64,000 nt of DNA, taken from assembly GCA_012295275.1 (NCBI GenBank), contig CM022665.1, positions 16,802,001 through 16,866,000 of the forward strand. The letters run 5' to 3'. The number at the start of each line of letters is the position of its first letter. Positions within the stretch are counted from its first letter, which is position 1. Source of the DNA: Chrysomallon squamiferum (taxonomy: Eukaryota; Animalia; Mollusca). Below, piece after piece: positions 38,004 to 52,210 of the stretch. A program made the position numbers and the translations under genes. The notes beneath the pieces are model-generated. The model ran no database searches. It saw only the letters and a list, made by a program, of their open reading frames with translations, and was not told the DNA's origin.

Positions 38004-38327
38004 AATGAGGTAAAACACAGTGACGTTTTAACAGTGCTATTTAACTATGAACGTTTGTCTCAGCAAGGTTTAAAAGAAACGACTACAAAAACAATTATTA
38101 CAAAATTTTGGTAAGAAATGCGACTCGACAATTATCAGTGCTAATTAGTTATTCTTGATGTTTGAAATTAGTGTATAGTTTGTCTGGTTTAAATGTGATC
38201 ACTTGAATACATGGCAATAACATACAAATATTTTAAGGTTTTTTTTTTGTTGTTTTTTTTTAAATTTATTTATTTATTTATTGTTGTTATTATAATTATA
38301 ATTATAATAATAATAATAATAATAATA

Positions 38328-38361
<34 letters not shown>

Positions 38362-38368
38362 TATATTA

Positions 38369-38426
<58 letters not shown>

Positions 38427-39043
38427 TTGTATTTATTTACTTTTTTAAATATTATTCTACTTAATCTAAGATTTTAAATTTCTGTTCGGACAATACTGTG
38501 AAATTTTATATTCATTCTTTGATTTACTAAATGTTGTTCGTACAGGTACCTGAAATTACATTTTACGTCACAGTATTCATCATATTTATTGTAACTATTA
38601 CTTTTTCAGGTAATTCATAAAAAGTACCATTTCACAGTCACAGACATTAAAATTAGCAAATATTACAAAAATAATGATTATTATTACTTTCCATATTTTT
38701 GGTTTATTTATTTGATTTGATTAGATTTGATCTCTTTAGCATCGTCATAATAAAAATAAAAACAAACAAAATTTTAAAAGAATGAATACCAATAATTCGA
38801 TATATATTTGAATAAAGCACTACTCAGATTGTTTTGCATTAAATTTAAAGATGTAAAGAGTACGTTTACTGTGTGTCAGCCAGTTGTGTTAAGTAAAGAT
38901 GTATCTATCTCTCTTCAATACACAGTTTTACAAGCACGGCGCTACAGATTGTTTTATTTCGCATCGAAATATTTTGAATATAAATAATAATCAGTTACTA
39001 TGATTTTAGCTGTCTATGCATTATACTTTCGTTTATAAAAATG

Positions 39044-39105
<62 letters not shown>

Positions 39106-39117
39106 GAAGTACCTCTA

Positions 39118-39174
<57 letters not shown>

Positions 39175-39699
39175 TAAAGGGGACTATTAATGTAATTCGG
39201 GGAAAAAATGGGAGCTGGTTATTATTTTAAAATATTTTTTAAAGGAAAGACACAAACAGTTTCAAAGAAAGAAAAAAGGAAAGAACGGTTAATAGAAAGG
39301 TAGTAACGAAGGGCAAACCAGTAATAATAAATTAAAATTTGTAAATATATTTATTATATGTGTGTTTGTGTGTATGTATTTGTGTGTGTGTGTATGTATG
39401 TATGTATGTATGTATGTGTGTATATGTATATATATATATATATATGTTTATATTTAGATATGTGTGTGTATATATGTGTATATATATACACACACATACA
39501 CACACACACATATATATATATATACAAACACATATATATACACACACATACATATACATATATACACATATACATATATATGTATATAAATGAGATTGTT
39601 ACGTTACTTTTTAAATTTCTGTGTTAATTTAATATAGGTTAAACGCTTTTCAAAGTGGATATTTAAGTAGGCTGAAAATGAAAATTTAAAAGTTTCAAC

Positions 39700-39740
<41 letters not shown>

Positions 39741-39983
39741 GTGTTATTGTTGTTGTTGTTACTATCATCATCATCATTATTATTATCAGTAGCTGCAGCA
39801 ACAGCTCCATTATCAGCATTATATAATAATGTTTTAATATACCTTTAAAAAAATCTTTGTTACTCACTTAATTTTTTTTCTTTCTAAATTTGTCTAATAT
39901 ACTGAACCTTTTCCCATTTATTTGTTTTCAAGTAATCATCACTTTTCTTTTGTATTTTCTAATCTAGTTTTAATAATAATAAT

Positions 39984-40027
<44 letters not shown>

Positions 40028-40588
40028 TTTTCTTGAGGACAATAATATGACTGTTAATGTGTTTTGTTATTAACATAACTTAAGAATTGAATGTATAAAG
40101 ATTAATTGTAAAATTATTGATGTCTTCGTGGAACGCCAAGATGCACGGAAAGTTTTGTTTGAATTTTATTATCATTGCTGTGAACAGTATTGTTATGTTT
40201 TGTTACGGTTACTCCAGCAGGTACTTGAAAAAAATAAACGTTTACGTTACCGAGTTGTTTTATTTTATTTCTTTTTCCACTTCGTTTATTCGTAAAATAA
40301 TAATATACTTCTTTCTCTTTCTCGTATTTTGATTTTCTTTCACGTTCTCTGTCTCGTTTTATTATTATTATCATCGTCGTCTTCATAATCATTATTATTA
40401 TCAGGGTCATCAATGTAATCATTACATCATCATTATCTTTATTAACATCGGCATCATCATCATTAATTTTTCAGAATTATTACTGTCATTTATTTATCAA
40501 ATCATTCACAGTTTCACTTTATTTCTTTATTATTATTATTATTATTTTTTTTTTATTTTTTTTTTTTTTTTTTTTTTGCAATTTTTTA

Positions 40589-40635
<47 letters not shown>

Positions 40636-40732
40636 TTCTTTTGCTGGTTGTTACACAAAAGAGTTTTTTTTTCGTCTTATTATTTAAAATGTTATTGTGG
40701 CCTGTTGTCAGTAACAACAATGGCAACGACAG

Positions 40733-40768
<36 letters not shown>

Positions 40769-40770
40769 AC

Positions 40771-40807
<37 letters not shown>

Positions 40808-42006
40808 GTAGTAGTAGTAGTAGTAATGAATTAACGTTCCATGTACCTGTATTAAGAAAGTATATTATTATTTTACGAAAAGAAATTTAACGTTTAGGAC
40901 ATTTAATAAAAATAAACGTTCGTGATTTAAATTTTGATTTTTTTTTTTTTTTTTTTTTTCACATTTAGACAAATCAGCCTCGTTATTATCGTCATCATCT
41001 TTATTATCATCATAAAATTAAAAAATAATCTTCTTTACATTTAGATATTCAATAATTAATCATTATCATCTGTGCTGTTCTTTTCTTTTCTTTTCGATTT
41101 GATAATCACTGTTATCACTATCATTATATTCTTGATCTATATGATGATCATTATCGTTATTATTACGATGATCGTTATCATCGCCATTGTTACGCATGTC
41201 GTCATTATAACAAAATTACGTAAATGAACTTTTAGACGCGAAATAAATTAATTATTACCCTTTGATCATAATCATCATAACAATTATCATAATTATAAAT
41301 ATCATCATCATCTTCATCAATACTGTCACTATCATCATCATCAGTATTGTCAGTATCATCATCATCATCATCATCGTTGGTTTGTTCAGACATTCTGGTT
41401 ATTCACTGTTACAGAATTAAGCAATTTATTTACTAAGTGTTAAATCATTTCCACGCTAAACGTGACACGAAGGAAAAACCAACAAAAACAGCATGATACG
41501 GTAGCTGTTGGCGGGTATAATCTCGTGCCAAAGCCGCGTGAGCTTCTATGTATATTTCTCGAAACTGTTAGCTCAACAACAAGTTATGTTTTTCCCATTC
41601 AAGCTTTTGTTGGTTCCCTGTAGGGAGTTTTTCCTCGTGTGAATATGTCTGTGTGGTTTCTCGTATGATTATGCAAAACTCATTCATGATTGCACTCGTT
41701 AATGAATTGGTGTTGTTTTTGTGGTTTTTTATTTAATTTTTATTTTTTTGTTTATTTCAATTAAGGTTTATAATTTAACTATGGCATCACAACAATAAGG
41801 AAAATTGTGCCGATCAAAACATGTTTTGACGGTTGTAAGTGGCACATATCAAAATATTTCTGTTATATGAATATATGTGTTTATCTGTTTATGTATGGAT
41901 GTACATTATTGTGTACACTATATATATATAATAACTTAAATAATTTGTACACGCATGTAAAGATACGTTCATATATTTGTGTGCGTGCGAGCGTGCTGCT
42001 TTGTAA

Positions 42007-42050
<44 letters not shown>

Positions 42051-42346
42051 GTATGTATCTCAGTCTATGTGTGTACACATTTATTTATAATGCATATAAA
42101 CATTTATAGTATATACACACAAACGTTCATAAAGATAGATACATATATATGCTGTATATACATACGTACGAGTGTGTGTGTGTGTGTGTGTGGGTGAGCG
42201 CGTGCATGGCGTGTGTGTATTTCTCAAAATACAAAAATGCATATGTTTTGATATATCTTTGTATGTGAATGAGCATAATAATAATAAATAATAATGGTAA
42301 AAAAATATTCATCGAACAAGCCTAGCAATAATAATAATAATACAAA

Positions 42347-42405
<59 letters not shown>

Positions 42406-42607
42406 TAACAGTAACAGTAACAACAATGATAATAACAACAACGACAATAACAAAAATAATAACAAAAAATATTAAAGGTAATAATAAAATAACAGTAACA
42501 ATAATAACAATAGCAATAATCAAAGTAGTGGTAATAATAATAATAATATATAAAATTGTAATAAGAACAAGAACAGTAACAATAATGATGCAAACAGTAA
42601 AATAATG

Positions 42608-42650
<43 letters not shown>

Positions 42651-43782
42651 TGATGATATATCACTTTATAAAGCCATGTGTAAACGCATGCTTTAAAATG
42701 TTAAAGAATATTTCCGGTACTAGTAACCCAATCTCGGCATATGTTTCTTGTACATTTCAGTTGCGCAATCGACATGTAGCAATGAAATTGACAACTCAAC
42801 TGAACGTATTAGATGATGTCGATCAATATTTAGACAAATTGCATCAATTACACAGCTTCAACAAACACGTATATTTCTCATTTCCTTAGGGAAAAGGTGT
42901 TGAAATATCGCTTCTTAAAGATACACGTTGTTGTCGTTTCATTCAAGAAATTTCAGTTAAAATGCATTAGTTTAATTATGAATTAATGAATTAACGGTTT
43001 AATGACAGTTTTCATTTTTTTTTCCCCATTGAACACAGTCTTTGTTAATAATAAAGTATAACGATCACATAATTAGTATTTGACACTATATTTAATAATT
43101 TTTTTATATTTAATTACCATAATAATAAATTAGATATATGTTTATTTTATTAATGCTATATTATTTATTTATTTATTTATTCAATTCCATTTTATTTATA
43201 TTTTATTTATGATTTATTTATTTATTTATTTAAGCTGATGAATGAATGAATAAAAAATAAAATAAAATAAAATAAAATAAAATTTCAAAAATCGTTTCAT
43301 CTGACAAATCAACACCAGTTGACCAGATAATAGTTTTCATTTTGTGACAGCGGCGATTATTTCATCATGTTGATGTGACAAATTGGAACTGACGTTTCAA
43401 ACAGGTGCTCCGTGGCTTGTCTTTTACCATGTGTATTTCTCTTTCAAGCTATATTCTTTCTTGTCATTGTTCGCAAAGCAAATTGCTTGTCATTAATAAT
43501 ACTTGCCGGCCAACAATGAACTTAAATCACCGTCCGTCTTAGACGACCTTTTGACAAATCAAGATTTTATTTTATGTTTTTATTAATATTTTCACTGACC
43601 CATAAAATGACAAAATCAGTTTTTAAACTGTTGATATTGACCTAACTGGAAAGCTAACACGCCGCTTAGATTTTGGTCCCGTTTAAATTCTGTTGATGCA
43701 CAAAAGGTTTGTAAAAAATGTTAGACCGGTCAGTTTGGTGTGGAAAAACCGTTCATTTATTTATCTGGGTAATATTGGTGAG

Positions 43783-43816
<34 letters not shown>

Positions 43817-43920
43817 TACACTTGATTCGGAAGCATTCTTGAATTTAATTTATTCAGGGTTTTTTTCATTCACAGTATTTACATTTACCGATATTTAACT
43901 GATTACAATATTACATGGAA

Positions 43921-43971
<51 letters not shown>

Positions 43972-44533
43972 CTGTTTTCTTATTACGTACTCGCTTGGGC
44001 GGTCCACGTTACGACGTTTAAATAAAACAAACAGAACTGCTGTAATAACAGGTCGGTTAAGAAAACAAAGCTAACCAAAAACTGGATCCAGTCATCTGTA
44101 TAGGATTAAGCCGTGTAAATATTAACTAGATATTCATTAATAACATTAATTAGACAGGATGGCCAATATTTGATAATTATTTCCAATTAGCAACAACACG
44201 TGTACATTTATCATCTGTTCAGAGTATGCGAATTTGAATGTTATGGAAACCACTGAAGGAATATTTGTTCAGCGACATCTCAACACTTCTTTGAATCCCA
44301 TTAGGTCAATATATAAAGTCTAGGAGAAAACCTGATGCTAAATCTCTGAACTTATATTTGTAAGCAGTTAGCTGCAATATCTATTTAATTTTCTGTTTCG
44401 ATAAAATGAGTAATTAAAATCATATAAATCGAACCCGAATTTAAATAGATTTAGGTAAAAAGCTACAAACCTTAATCATACTTAGACAAATTTTAAAGTT
44501 AATTTTAATTTTAATTTTATTTTATTTTATTTA

Positions 44534-44606
<73 letters not shown>

Positions 44607-44803
44607 TTTTTTTTTTTTTTTTTATTCTATACCTTCAACATCAGTCATCTCTGTGGTTTCTGTGGATCAAACCAGGCTGGTTCTATTCCGGACACTGGGA
44701 CTCTGTCAGATAATACATATTTTACTATATTAAATAACATGCATAACATAAAAGTTATTAGTACAATATAGACCATACAGTACAGAATACATACGTGTCT
44801 GTT

Positions 44804-44839
<36 letters not shown>

Positions 44840-45134
44840 AGTAAAAAAATCTGCCTTACAATATATGTTACAGCAACAAACAAGAACGCGTAAGATTTGA
44901 AAATAAATAAAAGGCGACCTATTTATCACCCTGTCCATGTTTGTACACTTCACGCTAAATAAACGAGGTTCGCGTGTTCACCCGCTTCTCGTGAATTGAA
45001 AAACAAACATTTACATTAGACTGCCAGTTTGTGAAGAGAGGTATTATCTTTTTGTGAAGTGATTCTTAACAACCTCATACAAGCAGTAATGAGAAACTAA
45101 ACACAGCGTACTTGTGTTTTCTGTTTATTTTTTA

Positions 45135-45270
<136 letters not shown>

Positions 45271-45499
45271 TCTCTGGGAATAAAAGCATGATTTTGTATT
45301 TTGTGGGGGAAGGTTCATCTTACTTTACATAATGATTAATATAATATTGTACAATTTATCATTCATACGCGTCTGACATGGACAGACTTAGATTAATGAT
45401 CATTACAAAATGTCCATGAGAGAGTGGATGATTTTTAACACTCTGATGATGTCCTAGGACCACTACCATCCAAAGAAAATCTGTCTATATTCGATGCCA

Positions 45500-45650
45500 T
45501 TACACCAAAGAACGTATTAATGACTGTCCTATTTCATGTAAAAGATCCTCTGGTGATAACTGAAAAATTTGTCTGTTTTGCGGTGTTTTAAAATATTGGC
45601 GTCCAGTACCGATGTTAGATGTTATAATGATGATGTTAAATAAAACAAAG
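45500..45650 (+). mobile_element. Decayed 3' part of a tRNA-derived SINE
   Basis: CATGTAAAAGATCCTCTGGTG...GGCGTCCAGTACCGAT...GATGTTAAATAAAACA resembles, from memory, the central domain and tail of a common gastropod SINE. It is loosely related to the opposite-strand copy at 46780-46915. Not database-verified. Confidence 0.4.
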
Positions 45651-46779
45651 TTGAATTTTTATTCCACAAAGAACGCTGTTATTTCACATTTCAGAATGCC
45701 TCAAGCCCATTATACGCAAGTGGTTGTTGTACATGGTTCGACTACGACTAACTGCAGTTTGTCAGCATGGCTAATAACAGTGTCTGATTAACACTTCCTG
45801 TTACACGATAAACTCCACAGTGTACAATGACAAAAGACTTTGGTTTAAAAAATCCTCTTAGAGAAAGCACAACACAGAATGGAGCGGGTACGCCCTCTCA
45901 ATTATCACCCAAAAGTCTGAAGAAGATATCTTGTTAAAATCAGCTCGCATCACCAACCCCGTCTAGCCACGTTGGCAAGTTCACGCCAAACACGGGCATT
46001 GTGCGACCCAAGATGAAAGACGCCGTCCTACGAAGAACTCGGAAGCCCTTCAGCGGAAATACCTGCAAATTCCGATATACCACTGTGTATCTACCAACAG
46101 TCTGTCATTGCCCCAAAACGGCCGTACCTAAACCGTGAAATAGTTAGTGATTTTTCGCGGTCCGGTCCTGTCAAGAGCAAGTGAAACACTTTAATTATTT
46201 CAGTCCCACGGCGAGTTAATAGCAGGGAAGAGACACACCAGACCGAGGGATAATGGGTGTGAAAAAAGAAGAAGATTTCTGTGGAACTACAAGTAGCGGC
46301 GTATTGATACACCACAAGTGGACTGATGGGAAAATTGGACGACCCAGTTCCGTTTGTCCGCAGCGCCCTCTAGCGAACTGGTGAATGACATTCAAGATGG
46401 CTTTGATACGGAATTGAAAAGAATGATGATGAGCGAACAAATGTGTTATGACATCTTACGCTAAAAACATGCGTCGGAATCAATCCGTTTTTCTTTCAAC
46501 ACTGTTTGTAGTCTGCAGCGGTTAAACATGTGAATGTGTTACCAAACTGCGTTGATCTTAAGCTGGTCTCACGCTGGTAAGATGTTTCCTAAAGTGATCC
46601 TATCAGCATAGGTGTTGTACTGAATTAGTCACCATGACGCATTTGGATCTGCTGAATATTAACATCATCGCTTATTAATTTTATCACATAATGTATTCTG
46701 ATGAATTAGAACGACACGAATGAATCGAACAGTTCAATACATTTCGACATTAACAAACACTACGAGTTCAGTTTTGTAT

Positions 46780-46916
46780 GAGAGAGGAAACTCGATGTAG
46801 CCACTTACTCTTTATCGACTAACAAGGGGTAATTTATATACATCTCCCCAAATGCAAGGAATCATATCTTGTGTTCTCTGATAAAGCTGTCGCGGAAACC
46901 GTTTTGGAACGGGAAA
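46780..46916 (-). mobile_element. Decayed central domain of a molluscan tRNA-derived SINE (Nin/Deu-domain-like)
   Basis: GAGAGAGGAAACTCGATGTAGCCACT..TACTCTTT..CGACTAACAAGGGG..TTTATATACATC...TGGAACGGGAAATA follows, as I recall it, the reverse complement of a widespread gastropod SINE. Recognition from memory only. Confidence 0.5.
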
Positions 46917-47192
46917 TAATAACTTTTTATTTCTATTTAAACATTTCTAATATATTTATCTCACTCTGTCTGCTGAAGTATTGATTTTTTTCTAACTCAC
47001 TTTATCTACTGAATATTTACTGAAATTATATATGCTATACTTTTATACGTTTGTATTATTTTTATACAAAAAGCGTATCAGAATAAGCATCCATGCATGC
47101 AATAAATAAAATAAATTATTGGATTTTGTTTTGTTATTTTAGAAATCTCTCTTTCTCTCTCTTTATATATATATATAGACACACACATATAA

Positions 47193-47223
<31 letters not shown>

Positions 47224-49132
47224 GATATATCCATGTACAGATCCATGCTTGTCTGCCTATCTGTCTATCTATGTTGTATCGCTGTCTGTTTTGTTTTATG
47301 AATATGAGATTTAATTATTATTGTCACAGTTGTTTGCCCTCCAGAAAATGGCATCATGAAGACGTTGACACTGAAAGTCATAACTGTTTTATTTAATTTT
47401 AGAAAAGTATTTTGAGAATTAGTTTTTAAAATAATATCTTTGGGTATTACTTACTTATTTATTTATTTATTCACGTATATTGCATATTAATTATTTATTT
47501 CACGTATTTGTTAATTTTGATTATTTATTTATTTTGCCAATTTATTGTTTGATTATTTATTTTATTGATTTACTTTTAATTTATTTATTTATTTATTTTT
47601 TTATTGTTGTTTTGTTGTTGTTATTGTTGTTTTTATTATTATTTGGTATATTTATTTACTAATTTCTTTCTTTCTTTCTTCATTCTTTTGTTTTCTTCTT
47701 TCTTTCTGTCTTTATTTGCTTATTTATTTATTTGTTTTCTTTACTTTGTTTTTATTTATGTATGAATTGTCGGTCACAAGACTACACTGACACGTGTCTA
47801 ACAAGGGAAACGCGACCCAACAGAGAGACATGCGTCATATTTGACTACTTCGTCTTAACGAGGTCCGAATTAGCCGATTCAAACAACGCTTCGTCAAAAT
47901 AGTGTGACACCGTCAACAAATTTTCAATTAATAATGAAAATATCACCATTCACGCTGGCACCTTATGGCCATGTTAAAATTAATTGAACCATTTTGATTT
48001 TAGTGAAATTTAGTTTTTGATAACGATGATGATGATGACACAATAATAATAATAATACATACATACATACATACATAAATTTAATTACTTTCCAGAAGTA
48101 GTGTTGGAATCATGTTGTTGCTGTGGTTGACGTCATTACTGTCGCTGTTGTTGTTATTCACATCTATTACATCTGTGCATACTAGCACAAACATTGTCAC
48201 TTTTGTAATGTCGTGGCATCTCAAGCCTATTTTACCAGTTCCAATCTATTGCCATTATCACAACTACAAATGACCATATACCTAAACTAGATAAAAATGA
48301 ATAACTCTAATTTGGCGAAAAATAATAATGAACTCGTCCAGCGAAGCGTATAACAGCAGACGACAACGAACATCTCGCGTTTTTGTTGTCGAAATCTTAT
48401 TTAGTTAGCGAGAGCAACCCAGCATCATCAAACGTTGCTGCACGGCGAAGCGGTTTTAACATTTTGATAAATATCTCTCTCCACTGTCAAACTAGGCGTG
48501 AATTTTGCTGTATAGTCACGTATCTGCCCATTATGCCGCACTGTTTAGTAATAAGTGTAACAAAGTTCGTTCGTGCTGAAAAATATAATTAATATGTCGG
48601 AGAATAAAATAATTTATTTTGTGCCCTCCTTTTGTGAAGAGCGATTCGAGTGTGCACATCAACGCCAACTAGCGGAAAGCATTGAAAAGCGTAACTTATT
48701 ATTATTATTATAATTTATTATTATTTTTTTTTTATTATTATTTTTTTTTATCTCTTTTTTTACCAGTATTGGGTTATTTTGCGTTGTAAGTTAAATATGG
48801 TCTTTAATAAAGCAAAGCACACATCGAATCGTTGAATAAGACGCCGATGATTCGGTCTTGAGAAAAGAGTTGTTATTATTACACCGTAGGAGCTCTTATT
48901 TGCATACTGTCTTTGTGTCGATCATCTGAAGTGACCACTAACGACCGTTAATAACCAACAGAGTGGAACAGTGTAGATTTGGGCAGTCGGGCGTTGTTGG
49001 CCATTTGTGATGCCGCAAACCAATTTACAAATAAATATAAGTACTGTGTTTTTAATGAGAGATAGCACGTGCACTCAAAGTGATAATGATGTTAAATAAA
49101 TACATAATTAAAATAAATTCATAAATGTTTTA

Positions 49133-49175
<43 letters not shown>

Positions 49176-49528
49176 ATAGTGCTTTCTTATGTTCAGATAT
49201 GAAGAACCTTTTTTTCTTTGTTTCTTTCTTCTTCTTCTTCTTCTTCTTCTTCTTTTAAGTATCCGTACTTATAGGAAATTTATTTTTACACAAATCATTC
49301 TTTCGTTCAGGAAATACTTACATGAGTCCATTGTTATTTCTTTTATTATTTGTTAATTGTTATTTTTAATTTTCGATGTCATTATTATTATTATATAAAT
49401 ATAATAGACCAACGAAACTTTAAAATAAATAATTAAAAGCAGAATAAATAAATAAAAGCAATAATAATAAAAGAATAAAGTATTGTTATATTATGATTAT
49501 GATTATTATTATTATTATTATTATATTA

Positions 49529-49560
<32 letters not shown>

Positions 49561-50332
49561 GCGTTCTCTTTTATTTCTCTTTCTTTTCCTTTTTTTTTTC
49601 TTCTTCTTCTTTGTGTGTGTGTTTTTGTGTTTATGTTTTTGTGTGACATATTTTCACTTTCTAACACAATTAGACCACGTACCAGACCCAGCAATTCTTT
49701 CAACCATTCATGACAATATTATGTCAACATTTTTTTTTTTTTTAAAGTTAATAATACCGTTAAATACTGAACAGCGGTACTAATTGCAGCGTCAACCTAA
49801 TTTATTGTCCTCTAATGAACCTTAACGAACTGGAGAACGTTTCTTTCTTTTTTTCCCAGCCGATATCAAAGAAATATTTAATAAAGTACCAGAAAACGAA
49901 CCTCTCAATTAGTTATTGATAATACATCTACCGGCTGGGAACATGCAGGTATCACTCCGTCAACACACCCTGATAATAATTACGTTTTCATGCGCCAAAA
50001 TATTCTAATTATAGATTGGTCACGTGCCGCCGCGTGTAGTTGAGGTGGCTTATTGATGCAGCGTGGGTCGTTCTCGAGTTGAGGGCAGTCATTAGGAACA
50101 TGGCCCTGCCCCTCGGAGGCTGTCGATTTCAAAAATGTTTTAGCTTTCTGAATTTAAACCGTTAATTAAATTCTGACAAAACAGCATTTAGAAGTAATGA
50201 GTCTAACAAGATATATTTCAGATCAGATGTAGAGATTTGAGAAGATAAAGAAAACATAATGGGGAAAAAAAAAAATCCCTTGTTTAAAGTTTATAATTTT
50301 CAATATTGATATTGCTGTTGTTGTTTTTGGTG

Positions 50333-50382
<50 letters not shown>

Positions 50383-52139
50383 AAAAATAATAATTATAAT
50401 TCACGCGTACAAATATACATGAATACATATGTACATTCATATAACTAAATATTATTTTATATTTAACATCATCATCAGCATCATCTTTATCACATATATT
50501 ATTACTGTTGATGTTGTTGTTGCAGTGGTTTATAAATTTATTTGTCATAAAACTAATATTCATATTCATTAGCCTTTTGTCTTATGTGACATTCAAAACC
50601 AAAATGGCCGCACTTACTACTTATAAAAACCGTGAAATTTTTACCATTGTATTAGTTTAAATATATATAGTAACAGAGCCTATTAAATGTATTCATTATT
50701 ATTATTGTTATTATTATAAATTATTATTATTATTATTATTATTTACGCCTGCTAGTTAATATTCATAATGGATTATGTGAAATTGGTTTAGATTCTCAGA
50801 ACGTCTGCCTCGTCAACAGAATACGTAATACTGAATTGCTTTAGTGTGTTAGGAGGTTAGAAGATAGGGTTAGTGGTCTTAACCTGTTTAAGTATCTCTG
50901 AATAAAGCCCTTGACAATTCCGTCAACAAAGGTTGACATCTTTTTCATTTAGAAACTAGAGTTACAGATACGGAAAATATCTTGAGGGTTTAATGCATTT
51001 TTAATTAAAACTGTACGTTATTGCGCAGTTTTTCAACATTAGATTATCATTTAAGGACATTACAAGTAATTATTTACAATTTATGTCATCAGCCATATTT
51101 TAGAAAGGAAACAAATTAAAGGGAAAAAAGTATATACTACGAAAACGACCCGAATTTCAGTCTGATTTCGTTTTACTTTTGTTTTATACAGTTGTATAGC
51201 TCAGAAAAACAAACAACCCAGAGTAAATGAAAACTTTAAGTAAAGAAATTGGACGAGATAAGACGTGACTAGGCGAGAATTGTGGGGTGGACGCCATTTT
51301 AAGTGTATTAGTTTCGCTACTCTGTTACTCTTTGATGATAGACTTCATCATGAAAGTGTCCAAAGCAAAACTCAGTCGTGTATCTCGGCAAATTGAGCAA
51401 TTGCGTTTTGTTTGTTGTGAGAATTACCGAAAATCTTCTTTAGAAATCGCTAAGATACTTGTATAATAGACAAGTTGTGTTCGTTTGAGCGGGCAACAGT
51501 AGCCGAGAAAGTGTGAAATTTTTCATTCATTGAAAAGCTCATGTGTCTCATCACGGCCGCGTAGGAATATAAATTGATGCCAAAGGTCAAACATGACTAC
51601 GTGCCATTGGCTGCCGCTGCAAGGTTTGTGAAACCGTACACCGTGCCTGTTATTATACTCGTACAAAGAAACGACAATAAAGATCAGATATTACTAGCAA
51701 GAAATAGAGACCCATGTTTCCGAGTTCTAATCTCATTATCGTTGTTGTAATTGTTTCTTTCTCTCTTTCTCTTTTTTAATTTTTTTATTATTATTATTGA
51801 AAACAACGCTCAGCTAGTAGAAATGAAGAACCCTTTTTTATTTTATTTTTTTAATGGTGTTATTATATCCATGATATGTGAATGAAAGATTTAAAAGAAT
51901 GTGTGTAAATGAATCTGTTGTATATTAACAAGAAAAAGTGCAAGAGTTAATGGCAGTGACAGTTAAAAAATGAACGAATAACTGCATGATATATAGTTAT
52001 GTTTTATGTTTCCAATTTTAAAATGTTCAGTCTAGCCTATTAATTATCTTAATATGATTTGCTTATTTATTTATTTATTTATTTATTTATTTTTTTTTTT
52101 TGGTGTAAAATAAACTTCATAAATCACGTTGCAGAATAG

Positions 52140-52210
52140 CTTTAGCCTGGAATCGATCTAGGTACGTACTATTCATCAGATCAACAGCTTGACCACTGCG
52201 CATCTCTCAG
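52140..52210 (-). mobile_element. tRNA-like SINE head remnant
   Basis: Minus strand reads GATGCGCAGTGGTCAAG (A-box-like) ... AGATCGATTCCAGG (B-box-like) at tRNA-like spacing. No convincing cloverleaf. Confidence 0.4.

Noticed and set aside
38485-38585. Hairpin beginning AATACTGT as a mir-8 precursor
   Set aside because: Only the seed matches miR-8 (UAAUACUGUCAGGUAAAGAUGUC). The stem is 10 bp with a large loop, unlike a pre-miRNA.
44660-44705. tRNA-like B-box GGTTCTATTCCGG (and the element at 52140-52210) as tRNA genes
   Set aside because: No complete cloverleaf or acceptor stem. At most SINE remnants.
45850-46450. GC-rich block that looks coding
   Set aside because: The plus-strand frames I translated stop early and the minus-strand ORFs are only 74 aa, with no recognisable domain. 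Treated as regulatory or non-coding.
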